DNA of 63,351 nt, the filler included, from Choristocarpus tenellus KU-1152 (Eukaryota; Protista; Phaeophyceae): the NCBI GenBank assembly GCA_964200185.2. It is 7 parts of 7 records of this genome, joined end to end, with 100 filler letters (N's around TTAATTAATTAA, not from the genome) between each part and the next. Parts side by side here need not be neighbours in the genome. Positions count along the whole stretch, not along the records: positions 33,927 to 50,021 come from CAXNAD020000880.1; positions 50,122 to 54,279 come from CAXNAD020015925.1; positions 54,380 to 60,479 come from CAXNAD020008935.1; 4 more parts are not named here. One strand, 5' to 3'. This document shows, piece by piece, positions 48,514 to 60,579 of this stretch. Position numbers and translations under genes: made by a program. Below the pieces are notes generated by a model. The model did not search any database. It was not told the DNA's origin and worked only from the letters and a program-made list of their open reading frames with translations. Positions within the stretch are counted from its first letter, which is position 1; the number at the start of each line of letters is the position of its first letter.

Positions 48514-49983
48514 ACCAGAACTACCAGGTGAAGCTCCTTTGTTGGAAGACTCTCGATTGTAGCAAGCATTAGCAAGTGCGTAGAGCTAGCACCCACGAAG
48601 CAAGTGACTATTTTCGCACGTAGCTTGAGGGCAAGTGCTCTGCATGCAAACTGGGGGTACAGAATCAAGATTGTTGCGAGAAATTGAAACAGTCAAACCA
48701 AACGTAATACTTCTTTGCACTGGCCACAGGGCTGTGGGCCACGGCTATGGGGCACCTGTATCCACACACACACGCTCACACTCTCTCTGGTCCATGCCGA
48801 GATGCAGTATTTCGTTCGTGAAAGTACACTTGTCTACCGAATTACTCGTCTCATGAAGAATCCATCCTCAATTTTGGGTCAAGCCCATCCTCAATGAAAA
48901 GCTCCATCCTCAATTTTTGAAATCTGCTGTTTGGTGCGTGTTAATATTGAATCTTCTTTCTTTCATAGGTTTGTGTCAGCCTGTTGTGTGGGTCGGGAAA
49001 TACAGCTCAATACCAACCTGCCTACACACAACGCACCAACAAGTAGACCTAACCTGAGAAGCACTGTGGCATCTGGAGCTGGACCCCAGATCCATTCCCA
49101 CGTTGGCGAATTTTTGACATAAAACATTGATCAGGAGGAGTAGGTCTGATACAAGGACGGTCAGTAACTAGTATCCCTTCCGTTTAGTTTAACTTTTACA
49201 TTTTTCTTGTGAAGAAAAAAGACCCATCACTCAATCTGTGACTGGAACGAAACACAGATTCTACCCTGTATATAAATAGAAATAATACTAGAAATATTCA
49301 GGCCACATGGAATTCACCAATGGGTCACAACATCAGATACCAACATAAAGTCAGAGATTATCAACAAGGTATGGGAGAGTGTGGGGTAAAGGGGGTATGA
49401 AAAAGATAAAGAAACTACTATACTACTACCCTGTACATGTTGATGACCTCTGACTTGGATGTGGGACTTTGACCTCATAATGCATTCTGTATCTGGAGTA
49501 ACCTTTCAATGATTTTGATATATTTTGCGAATTTGTCCAGAAGCATCATACAATTGTATGTGGTGTTCCCCCCTAAACCTGTTAATAATAGGTGCACAAC
49601 AATATCAGGTACATTGGCGGTGGAGACTGGGTGCAGCCTGTTGTGTCATTGTAATTCATTGACGATGGTGCACAGTACTTCTACTGTAGGAAAATCAGGT
49701 TGTTGTGATCGACATGCATCACAGTCATCACTGATATTCTGTTGTTCTTCTCTTGGCGTTGAAGGTATCTATTGGGGAGGTATACAGTGAATGAATGGCT
49801 GGATACCTGTGTGGTGACTGTTGGGGGCTGTCTTCTGGCGTCCATTATTTCAAGTCAGCACAAACTGGATATAAACGATCGCATTTAACATCTACTTTCA
49901 ACTTTGCGCGTCACGGTTGGGCAAAACCTGTAGTTCCCACTTCAGCCCCTTGTAAAATTCCTCATTTCCTCCATGGGCTAATT

Positions 49984-50021
49984 GGGTCAAAGTATCTGGG
50001 GAGGGGGGGTGGTTTGCGAGG
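49984..50021. mobile_element. MITE family A end at contig break
   Basis: GGGTCAAAGTATCTGGGGAGGGGGGGTGGTTTG. Confidence 0.8.
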
Positions 50022-50121
50022 NNNNNNNNNNNNNNNNNNNNNNNNNNNNNNNNNNNNNNNNNNNNTTAATTAATTAANNNNNNNNNNNNNNNNNNNNNNN
50101 NNNNNNNNNNNNNNNNNNNNN
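50022..50121. other. Artificial contig linker
   Basis: N/TTAATTAATTAA/N. Confidence 0.98.
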
Positions 50122-50311
50122 ATTCAGGATATGGAACAAAAAGTATCCCCCCCAACCCACCCACCCCCCAAACAATGTAGCAGAGTGCAAGCAGGTTAGT
50201 AACCCATTGCAGACAAGCTGGCAAACAAATATCACATGTAACCACAGAAAAATCTCAAAATGTTCCATGCAGAGTAGATTCGGCAAACACTTTCCAATCG
50301 CCACCACAAAC

Positions 50312-52257
50312 CTGGGAGCAATCTCGTTGAGCAATATAGTCCCATCCTTCCCAAGAAAGAGCTCCACCCCAAAAATGCCCGCCCCCCAAAGCGAACCCAC
50401 TGCCAGGCGAGCCAACGCTTCTACAGCTGCTGCAGCCGCAGGGGATACTCTGGCGGGGGCAAAGGTAGTGTGACAGACATTGTCCTTCTGTACTGTATCC
50501 ACCACAGGGTAGCAGGAGACCTCTCCTTCTCTTCCACGCACCACCTGGAGTATCCAACCACAACATTTTTTGCGGGTATTTTGTCTTGTGTGTGTCAATA
50601 GGATGACACCATAATTTGTGACTACACTGAAGATCATCACCTGAAACCCATACTTGCAAAATTTAATACAAAAAGATGCCAGTGGACACAAGCACGCTGT
50701 TTTCATGTGGCAATAGGGTATATTTTTTCAAGCCGATACTTCCAATGCTGGACAGGTTCAAACCTACTGAAAAAAAAGAAGCAATTTAATACCAGCTTTC
50801 TTTCAGATAGAAACATGTGGCATACTATTGAAAATGCAGGTATCATCACCAAGTCCAATGAACATACAAGTCAAGTGGCGGCACTTCACAATTGACACAG
50901 CAAATGAGCACTATAGCACCTTCTTTAAAGTCCTCTTTATTATTGTAACCTCTGACAAGGTGGCAGGCGGTACTGTGAATGAGTGCTTCAAAAAATATCA
51001 AATGTCAGCACATATCAAGAGGTATTGGAGGCTTAGGATGAAGGACCCACGGTCTCACCATAATGGCCAGTTCCTTCTCAAAGTCAACCCACTCTTCAAC
51101 ATAGAGCCCCTCTCCACCTAGCCCATCAAACGCTGCCTCAATATCCTTCTCTGCCATGACAGGAGAATTTCCCCTTCCATCATAGGCCATTCTCTTGGCC
51201 TTGAGCATCAGGGGATAGCCGAATACCCTTCCGGCCTCTCGGACAGATGCTACAGTTGGGGTATCCATGTACTGGGGCATGCGCACACCGTGCTGAGGGG
51301 GGAAGACAGAGGAAGGGCAAGGGAGAGGGATGTGAGTCCCACAGGCACAAGTGCTTCAGCTTACGAAAAGATCTTAGAATTTTACAGGAACCTCTGTAAA
51401 TATACTGAGAGAAGGGAGGGATCTGTACCTGCTTGAAGTGTTGCTTCTGTTCGTATTTGTCTTGAATCGTGCGGATTGTCTGTGAGGTTGGCTGAACCTC
51501 GACTCCCCTATTCTCCAAGGCAGAGAGAACGTCGCAGTTGACGTGCTCGATCTCCACCGTAATGACATCACACAGGTCTGTCAGTTCGCTGCAATGTTCA
51601 ACATCGGTCAGCGGCGGCAAGAGAAGGGCTTCAGGAGGTACGCAAGCTTTACAAGCTGGTATTGCTGCATGCGACAAAGAAATTTCAACTACCTCCAGCA
51701 TGAAGCTGATTTGCACGTCCAAAAACAGTAACCGTACCTTTACTGATAAGATTAATTGATCATGAGGAGCATAACATTTCTGATACCAAGCTCGGGTCGT
51801 ATGTCCCAAGTCCGAGGGCGAAGAGAACATCCATGTCATGCTAGTCACTGTATGTAACGAAAATTGAAATTGATGGCCGACTTTGAGGACGACCGACGGA
51901 TTGATGCATCTGTCAAGCAGTAGAGAGATTGTCAAGCATCACCCCGAAAGCCATGCAACGGGGGGTAGCAGATGACTAAACACAGATGTGCTCCCTCTCT
52001 CTCTCTCTCTCAGCCAATAACTCACTCAATTCCTCCAATACCAACCACATTCCTTCCAAGTACTTCCTCTCCACTCACTCAATCTTAACTGCATCCCTGA
52101 AGCTCCCTTCAACCGCCAGCTCTGCCACTTGCCCAGCTGGGGACACCTTTCCCAGTGGGTCAAGCACAGCCAGCTTAATGCCTAGGCGGTGGGCCGCCTC
52201 AGCCATCATACGACCCAACTGGCCACCACCAAGCACCCCGACCGTTCTGGGGTCCAT
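50312..52257 (-). CDS. ADE2: Phosphoribosylaminoimidazole carboxylase (ADE2-type, PurK ATP-grasp domain), 3'-truncated by the contig end; exons 52257-52079, 51588-51429, 51292-51059, 50544-50312
   Basis: [77 protein letters not shown]; canonical GT-AG introns, phases consistent. Confidence 0.95.
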
Positions 52258-54279
52258 AATGAAGCGATGAACAGGGAGATGACAATGTGCAATTGACCTT
52301 CAAAGTATAGCTATTTGACCAGTAGTGAAGACAAGAAGGTGTGGAGCCTCACACGACCCCCTTGGCTGAACGTGAAAGGAACGGGTGGATGAAATTAGAA
52401 TAGTGGTGTTGTTTGTGGGTGTCTTCCATTGTGTTTTATTATTATTTGTCTTTATGTAAGTCAACATGTGTAACTAGTTCAATTGCAATACCAAACTCCA
52501 TAATTGTGAATCGTGTGATTATGTGGCGGCGTGGTTCACTCAGGCAAGTAGTGTGGTGAAGATAATCACCGGGCAAGACGACCAGACGAACAAAATTAAC
52601 CGTAAGCAAGGGTACGAGGTTAAGGTTGGACAAGTGCAAATTGAGGAGTCATGAGCATCTTCAAAGAAGGGCCTCATGCCGACAAGTCAAGACATGAGAA
52701 CAAAGTGGATCTTCCATGTGTAACAACTCTGAATGACGAACTGTCCCAATCTTGTTGGATTGGTCTCGTGCAGAGATTCCATGGTTTCATTCTGACGGAA
52801 GATCCGCCCAGTGGAATCATGGATGCTTGACAAGGAACCTCAAACGGCACAACGGTATAACAGTATATATGGCATACGGCAATAAAGGTAGAACAACAGA
52901 CAAACATGTTTTCCACATCACCCCTTCCCCTTCTGATCGACCTTGAAGCCATGGAAACATTATTCAAGGTCAACCAAAAAGTGAGCTCTGGGAGCGAAAT
53001 GGGAAACATGTGTGACTGTTACTATACTATTGCACCATTGTATTACACGACTCCACTAATACAAAATAAGTGTAAAATAGAAACGAGGCACACAATGAAT
53101 ATCTGATCAGGAAAACATTGGCCTAAAGGTTGATGGTGTGTGGCCAGCACACTCATCAAGCTAACGAGGTCTGAGAGTATGGGGTCAGCATATCAATCAG
53201 CCTAAAGACGAGGAGAGAGGTATATATATGTGGCCAGCATATAGGGTCTCTAGTATCTTGTATAAAACAGAGGATCACTCAGAATGGGGATACAAGGAGC
53301 ACACACTATACACGATGTCAACAAAACGATTTGACTAGTGTTTGTGATTCGACATTGCTATACGGGTGTTATACGATGATTTGATCGCCACTCCAATGCG
53401 TGAAAACAACATCGCATGTTACATGACCACATCAACACAGCAAACGATGAGATCAAATTTGTGCACCCGTTCTCCTTCCTCAATTCTGACTTCGATTGGA
53501 ATATTGTTCACGACAACAATATTGCAAGTGACAACTAGGATGTACAATGTTGGTGGCTCAACTCTCCTAAAACGATACGAGGTGACTGTACGGTCATTAA
53601 TCATGCCGGGGGAATCATGCCACACAGAAAAAAAAATGAGTAACATGTATGGCTGGCTAACCTGAAGTCCCCATCTCTTACCTGGTGGTAGACTTGAAGC
53701 TTCTTTTTTTTTCTCTTTTACGATGGGATTAATCATTATTTCATGATGATCAATAAATCCATTTCATGAAAGTGTGACATAATGTAATGAACAGCCACCT
53801 TTAGTGCACACGTGCTAATATATAATGTGCCCGGTGATACGGTCTCTTCACCACCGCATGTGCCCACTCATGCAAACAAGGAGAGTTGAGAGATAAAATT
53901 AATTGTATATTTTATATTATTATGCCCTCTGACATTTTGCAGTGTGTCAGGGGGGAAACCAATGAAAACTATATGTCGTTATTAGCCCTAAAGAAATAAA
54001 ATATCCTAAACATAAGAACTCTATAAAACATTGTAAGCGTGGAAACCACTAATCTATCAGTTACTTTCACCAATATAAAACATTGTACTACTGTCGTCCT
54101 TTGCTTCCCATCTACCTAATCCTGTGCCCCGGGGGCGGGAGCTAGGGAGGCATCCGTATATTAATTTATCTAAATCCACCAACATTTATGTATAGTCTAT
54201 TTGCAAGGATTGATAAACCTGGTAAACACGAGATGCCACGTCAGAGCTGGTCGTGAACAGGTTAACTGACATCTGTTAC

Positions 54280-54379
54280 NNNNNNNNNNNNNNNNNNNNN
54301 NNNNNNNNNNNNNNNNNNNNNNNTTAATTAATTAANNNNNNNNNNNNNNNNNNNNNNNNNNNNNNNNNNNNNNNNNNNN
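54280..54379. other. Artificial contig linker
   Basis: N/TTAATTAATTAA/N. Confidence 0.98.
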
Positions 54380-54419
54380 CCCCCCAAGATATTTTGACCC
54401 AGTTGGATACAAACATAAC

Positions 54420-55600
54420 TTCTGGAAACTGTCAAACCGAACACCTCTTCAGAGCTCTAGTGCTTGTTGTACCCTTAGAACTATCCGCTCATTCATAGGG
54501 GGATATGGACGGGCTTACTATCCGAACCTCCCAGTGGACCTTGTCATCTGCTATAGTGGACTTCACTAAAACGTGAAGCATTTCAAAATGCATGCGTCTC
54601 TGAGCGCCCATGATTCTATCCGACTCTCTTTCAAGTCGATCAACTAGACTTTCTTCAAAGACAGAGGGTGCTCGCAAAAAAAATGCTGTTTATTCATCCA
54701 GTACATATATATGTGTGCGTGTATCTTTACTGGCCATTCTGTATAGTTTAACATACACACGTACAGCTGAACTTCGACCAGGTGATTGGATGGACACATG
54801 CTTGATTGTGAATAACAAAATGGCACTTTTAGGGAAATTCTTTTGTTGTCATCAGAACTGGACATTCTGAGGGGTGAAAAACAAGCCAGCCAAGTCCAAG
54901 GCGATCCGCATCCTCCCATGTTTGACTGCATCCTTTACATGACCTCTTAGTCCAACCTTGCCCTGACTATTATGTGTCACCTACCCTCTACCTACGTTGT
55001 TCCAACGCTAATCCTTGGATTGGCACAACAAAGAGTCTTTGCAAGGAGGCATGTATGGGTCCCGTACGTTCTCTGTATCAGCAAGGGTGGGACCTCGAGC
55101 AGGTGATGGTATGGAACGATTCGTCTGCACCACTGCTGAGACCAGTGTACATGTCTGACTGCGGTGAGTACCAGGCATCTTGTGACCTGTGAAAGGATGA
55201 TGTTTCTCACCTCTTCAGGCTCTGGGCATAGATATCATAGCATTTGTCAAGACGAAGGGGGATGGAAGTTTGCAGTACACAATCTTAAGTCTCTCTAGGT
55301 CAGTTTGAGCTGGATGTGAAGTCCTATTGCTACTTGTCCCATGCATCCTGCCCCATAGTTTTGTACTAGTATTTATTTTTACTATTGTTAATATTTGCAT
55401 ATCTCCAAAGTGCCTCCACATTTTAAGTGTGCGACAAGAGGGGAAAGAGAATGGAGTATAACGATTGGCCGAAAAGAACTTTAGGAACCTTCCCATTGGT
55501 CTGCACCCAGCGACCAATTGAGGAGAGTGATTCGGTTTGTATGTTTATGTATATAGCATTCACATACCACAGTAGTTGAAATTTGGCTTCTCACCTCCTC
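54420..55600 (-). mobile_element. Highly degenerate Copia-like pre-integrase/integrase remnant
   Basis: Minus frames give KLWGRMHG (LWHxRLGH-like), CKDSLLCQSK and IALDLAGL (VHxDLxGP-like) in the expected order; weak. Confidence 0.4.
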
Positions 55601-56540
55601 ACTCTTCAGCATGTTTGCAAGTGCATTGACATCTGTCACGCAATCTGAACTGATTGGTAGCACCCCCTTCAATTCATAATGCAGGGGCAATCAATACCAC
55701 CACACTTGCCAAAATGTATTGGTTTAAATGCAAATGTGTGGGTGTGCCCCGCTGAGTATCTTGAGTTATCGCAGGAGGTGTCGAGATTGTTGTGGTGTGT
55801 ATATGGAAAAAAGATATGATTCCACCATTTCACAGCATCTTCAGGTTCCTATGGCAGACCATAGTAGTGCACCGTTACTGGACTATTCCAAGAAAACACC
55901 TCAACAGTAAAGAAGAAACTTGTCCGGACATTCTTTCCCTGCCTGCTACTATCAATATTTCGCAGAGACTGCTTACTCCTTCCTAATGAGTGACCACGAC
56001 ACTACATACAGTCCCAGCGAAGAACAGACGCGTCACACCAGCAACAGCTCAGTTGTATTGGTAAGAGGTGTAGGTGTTTGCGCAAAAGAAGAAAGCACAT
56101 TGCAGGTGGATGATGATAACATTTCACAACGGAAGAGTCGTCGGCTGGAGGAAATAGGACAAGGGTTAGATGTGGAAGATGAAGCAGTTTTGTCAGAGCA
56201 AGCTCTGTTCTACTAACGTTCCTGTTTTAATTCCTAGCCTGTTCCTCAAGCGTCTTATGATGGAGAGGTATAGCGCCCCTGCCCTGACCTTGACAAGCAG
56301 TGTGCCTTATGCCTGGTGGAAAGGAGCAGAGGCTGAGACTACGAAGTTCATGGATAGTACAAAAAAAGTTTGAGAGCAATCAGCGAGAATCTGAGACATT
56401 TTTTGTGTGCAGGGTTGCATGAGGGACCACGTATGGCCCCATCCATGCAGCAGTGGCTTCTAGTCTCCCTACCCACGCATCACACCAGTGGGAGTCAAAA
56501 GAGTAAAAGGATTGGCAAACTACACACGACTCTGTCCATC

Positions 56541-56793
56541 AACCATCACATACACACCCAACAAACATTTACATGATGCGTGAATATCCTACAAGAGTCA
56601 TTATGAAGCCCCCGGAATTGCATACTATTATACTAGTACTGCATGACAAGGTTTTAATCCTTAAAGCAACCATCACATACACACCCAACAAACATTTACA
56701 TGATGTGTGAATATCCTACAAGATTCATTATGAAGCCCCCGGAATTGCATACTATTATAATAGTACTGCATGACAAGGTTTTAATCCTTAAAG
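56541..56793. repeat. ~127-bp tandem duplication
   Basis: AACCATCACATACACACCCAAC..GGTTTTAATCCTTAAAGC twice. Confidence 0.93.
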
Positions 56794-57312
56794 CATTGCT
56801 CTACAGTAGTTGACTCTCTACAAATCAAGTCACAACACTTGCCCTGAGGAAGTGGAGGTTCCCAGAGACTTGAATCTATCTGAAAAAAACAGGGTTTTGC
56901 AGGAGATAAATCCCCTTGCCGATACAAACACCAACAAAGTGGACATACCCACGGGATATCATCCACCTCATGGGGGTTCGATCATATGTTGGGACCTAGG
57001 AAGCTCGGACTGGGAGGGTATACACAATGGACTGCTTGACTGTACAAACTCGACATCATTTCAAGGTTTTCAATCATGAATCTCTATGAAATTTGGGCAT
57101 CATGTACCCTCAACACACAAAGCTGAGCCTCAGATATGTAGCCTACAGCTAGGGGGTGCTGATGGTGAATAAAATTCCCTGGGGCAGGGGGGGGAAAGCA
57201 CAGGTACAGGGAACTGTTCATCTTCAAGGTTTGTTGGCCAAAAGAATTGACTTCACCCAGAACACAGTAGCGAAGGTTCTTGGAAAAGGAGATGGGGGGA
57301 TGCAGTTGCCCC

Positions 57313-58442
57313 TCAGTCATCATCCTCTCCTCCACGAGTCATATGCCTGTAGTACCTCGTGGCGAATTTTGACATGATACCTGGCATCTTCCACATCTGC
57401 GAGGCGTTCCGAACAGCATGCTCCTGGAATTTTCCAGGATATATCTCCGCCATGATGGCCCAGTAAGCTTTCATCTTTTCCACTCTGAGAGCTGCTTCAG
57501 AGCGTAATGTGTCCCACCCTATTGGTTGTGAGGCCGACCTCGGGTCATTACTCCCCGACGCCTTCCGTCTCGTTTCTCCTTTCCCAGGCAGATCTGGTGG
57601 GCCTGGTATCCGGCTATTCCGATCCTGGAGATCTTGACCCTCGCGGTGCTCTGCACGCCGCTGCACGGGCGAAAAATGACCGCTTTGTTTATCTTCTTCG
57701 ACCTTGACCCCGTTGAGGAGAGTGACACTGAGTCCGTGGGAACACTGTGGGAGGTGCCCGGCTTCAACCATTCGCTTTGTCTGAAGAGAATAACCGACCC
57801 CAGCGTATATGAAGTGGGCATCTTCATCTGGCGGGGGTTCTGAGAAGGGCGAGTCGCACGAGTGAGAGAGAGTTCGGAGGCTAAAAGGAATAGACGAAAG
57901 GGGGCGGCGGGATTTGTCGAAGTGTTTTCAGTTATGTCCTGTTCTACCTCACCACAACCATATTAAACACAGGACTCCACAGCACCAACATAGCTCATGC
58001 CATAGTATCTCGAACTCTTACTGCAAAGAATACGCAAGCGAGGGCACCCAATCAATGGCGACAAAGACATCGAATCCATCAGAAATAATGATGAAACGTG
58101 CTCACCAAGCCCGTCGTGATACTCGTCTTCGACCTTGATATAGCGGACTTGACCTAAACAGACAGGCATTTTGCCTTGCGACTTCATCGAAGCGGTATAG
58201 AATGTCAAACCTAGGCAGGATCTGCTTTCAAGGACGGAGTAAAACAGTTGTAACAGTTGAACGCAAAACGAGTTAGGGCGGGATGGACCAGTTGTGCGTG
58301 AGATGTCCTTGTGCCAACGGGACGCAAGACCCGGAAAGCCAGGCGGACGGGAACGAACAACAAGGAGAAAAACGCACCTACAGTCGAGGGAATTTTTTTC
58401 CTCATCTGGGATATCACTCTTGTCTGGTGGGAGTGTCACCAT
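57313..58442 (-). CDS. Conserved protein of unknown function (~235 aa); exons 58442-58378, 58221-58106, 57839-57313
   Basis: GT-AG splicing (phases 2 and 1) gives an open frame: MVTLPPDK..DCRSCLGLTFYTASMKSQGKMPVCLG..AHFIYAGVGYSLQTK..LPQCSHGLSV..KFQEHAVRNA. The spacing recalls a plant hypothetical family (SCKG.LYYSS..K....P.C.G / F.Y.C.GYS / LP.C.GLE). Confidence 0.7.
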
Positions 58443-58741
58443 CTTCCTCTGTCGTTCTACCTGTTGTGAAGTGCCTAATATGTTGTACAAATAGTCGGAG
58501 TTCAAATTTGTGACATGGATGTCTTATTTGCAACTAACGATACTTAATTCTTAGGAAACTTACGTTTTTTGTATTTTTCTTGACTTCTTTTTGCGGCGCG
58601 CAAGCCACAACTCACATAGGTTTTGCTCCGAGAACAAAGATCTAGGAAGGCGATAGAAACCAAATCGCATCCTTTCCCCCGTGATCGTGTGGACCCTGCG
58701 GGGGTGAGGGGGCGCCTTCTGACCCTGGGAAGTTGACAGCC
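58443..58741. promoter_or_regulatory. Probable bidirectional promoter region
   Basis: 299 bp between divergent start codons (58442 minus, 58742 plus); CpG-rich surroundings. Confidence 0.55.
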
Positions 58742-60476
58742 ATGCGGCGGCGCTCCAGAAGCTCTGTTCGCAACGTCCTCGAACGAGAACCCAGTGTGCT
58801 AACTCGTGTGGACACGCCCACTGGGTATGGCATTACTGCTAGAGAGATCTTGTCCATGAATGAGGATGGCCGTGAGCATGCCAATAAGGTCAGTTTTGAG
58901 GAGGAGTAAGTTATGTGCGCATAGATACACCTCTGGTCGGGTAGTACATCTAACCACGTTTGTCTTACCCCCACCCGTCAATCCCACATCCCATTTACCT
59001 GCAGAGGGCTCTAGATGATGTTGGAGGGCCTATAGGACTGGCTGAGCTACTTGCAACAGACCTCTCGAGCGGGATCCCTGCAGGAGATGATCATGAAAAA
59101 CGTGCCAGCGAGTTCGGGCGCAACTGGATGCCAACACCCAACCCTAAAACATGGATACAGCTCTTTTTCGACTCTTTCGATGACACCACACTGATCATAC
59201 TCATAGTATCTGCGATTGTGTCTCTAGGGGTGAGCATTCGACTTATATTTTAGTGTCAGGGTTAGGTTTGGCAATATCACAGTATCTGTAGTTTTTCTAT
59301 CGTAGTCCTTGCGAGGACCATGGTAAGAGGTCGCGACTGACAAAGCCATTTGGCGGTTGGGGTGAGTTTATGGTGTCAGGGTATTGTCTTAACCTATCTA
59401 GCGAGTATGTGATAAGGTTTGAAACAGATCATTTCCCTGTCCTGCACCTGGCTTTTGCACCATACAATTATTTCGAAGGTGGGCTTCTACGGAGACCCAG
59501 ACAAGGGGTGGATCGAAGGGGCCGCCATCCTGTGCGCTGTGTTGGTGGTGGCGGTGGTGACGGCAACCAATGATTACTCCAAGGATAAGCAATTCCGGGC
59601 ACTGAACTCGATCAAGGATGACGTCAAAGTTCAGGTTGAAATAGCCCTCACACACACGCACATCACCCTCAGCAATCCCCTCTCTTCAAATCAGAACCTT
59701 TGGCGAGTTCGAAAGAATAACGTTGTTGGAAGTCTCTTGGAGTCGAGAAAGCAAAGCAAGACTAACAAGTCTCACACCTTCATTGTTGCAGTACGCAATA
59801 GCGGCCCTTCTGCACCCACAAACGAAAAATTTTAAAACTTTTTTTTTTTTTGCTTGTGCAGTCAAAGTACGGTGATAGTTATCCTTGATTCTCGATCCTT
59901 GCATTGTGTCTAATCGTTCCCAGGCTGCATGTATTATTCCGAAAACAAAACAATTATCAAGATCAAAAATAAGACTTGCCTCGCCAAAGAGATAGTTTGT
60001 GCGGTTAAATCCCATCGAGGATCTTCTAGAACACATTCCCCGTGCGATCCGCTTAGTTAGGCCTCTCCTTCACCAAATTGTCACCGAAACCAACAGATCC
60101 CAAACCCTAGACCTACTGATTAAGAACAAATTCAGCCGGGTGTGGCACAGACTGAGCGAGCCCACGGCCTCGCCCCCGCTCACTACGCCTTGACTCCCCT
60201 CGTAAAGGTCGTTCGTGCTGGGGAGATCCTAGAGATGTCAACTCGGCAGCTTATGGTGGGTGACGTCATCCTCCTTGAAGCAGGCGATAAGATCCCTGCG
60301 GATGGGGTACTGGTGGAGGGTGCGGATGTGGCTGTCAATGAGTCTTCCCTTACAGGAGAGGCCGAGGATGTGAGGAAAGGGACGAATGAGGGGGAAGATG
60401 TGTTCCTGCTCTCGGGGTGTGTGCTGACAGCGGGGAGGGCAAGCATGATGGCGATTGCTGTTGGGGCAGAGAGTCG
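58742..60476 (+). CDS. P2B (PMCA-type) Ca2+-ATPase, 5' part; exons 58742-58888, 59005-59229, 59479-59634, 60208-60476
   Basis: [89 protein letters not shown]; truncated by linker. Confidence 0.93.
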
Positions 60477-60479
60477 GTG

Positions 60480-60579
60480 NNNNNNNNNNNNNNNNNNNNN
60501 NNNNNNNNNNNNNNNNNNNNNNNTTAATTAATTAANNNNNNNNNNNNNNNNNNNNNNNNNNNNNNNNNNNNNNNNNNNN
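60480..60579. other. Artificial contig linker
   Basis: N/TTAATTAATTAA/N. Confidence 0.98.

Noticed and set aside
48974-49119. Solo LTR (TGTCA..TGACA)
   Set aside because: No TSD and no second copy in the window
50312-52257. Bacterial purK contamination or recent HGT
   Set aside because: The gene has canonical spliceosomal introns and ADE2-type eukaryotic motifs
36486-60476. Functional cluster of PCBD, RedCAP, CDC14, ADE2 and Ca-ATPase
   Set aside because: The genes lie on three different contigs joined artificially and have unrelated functions
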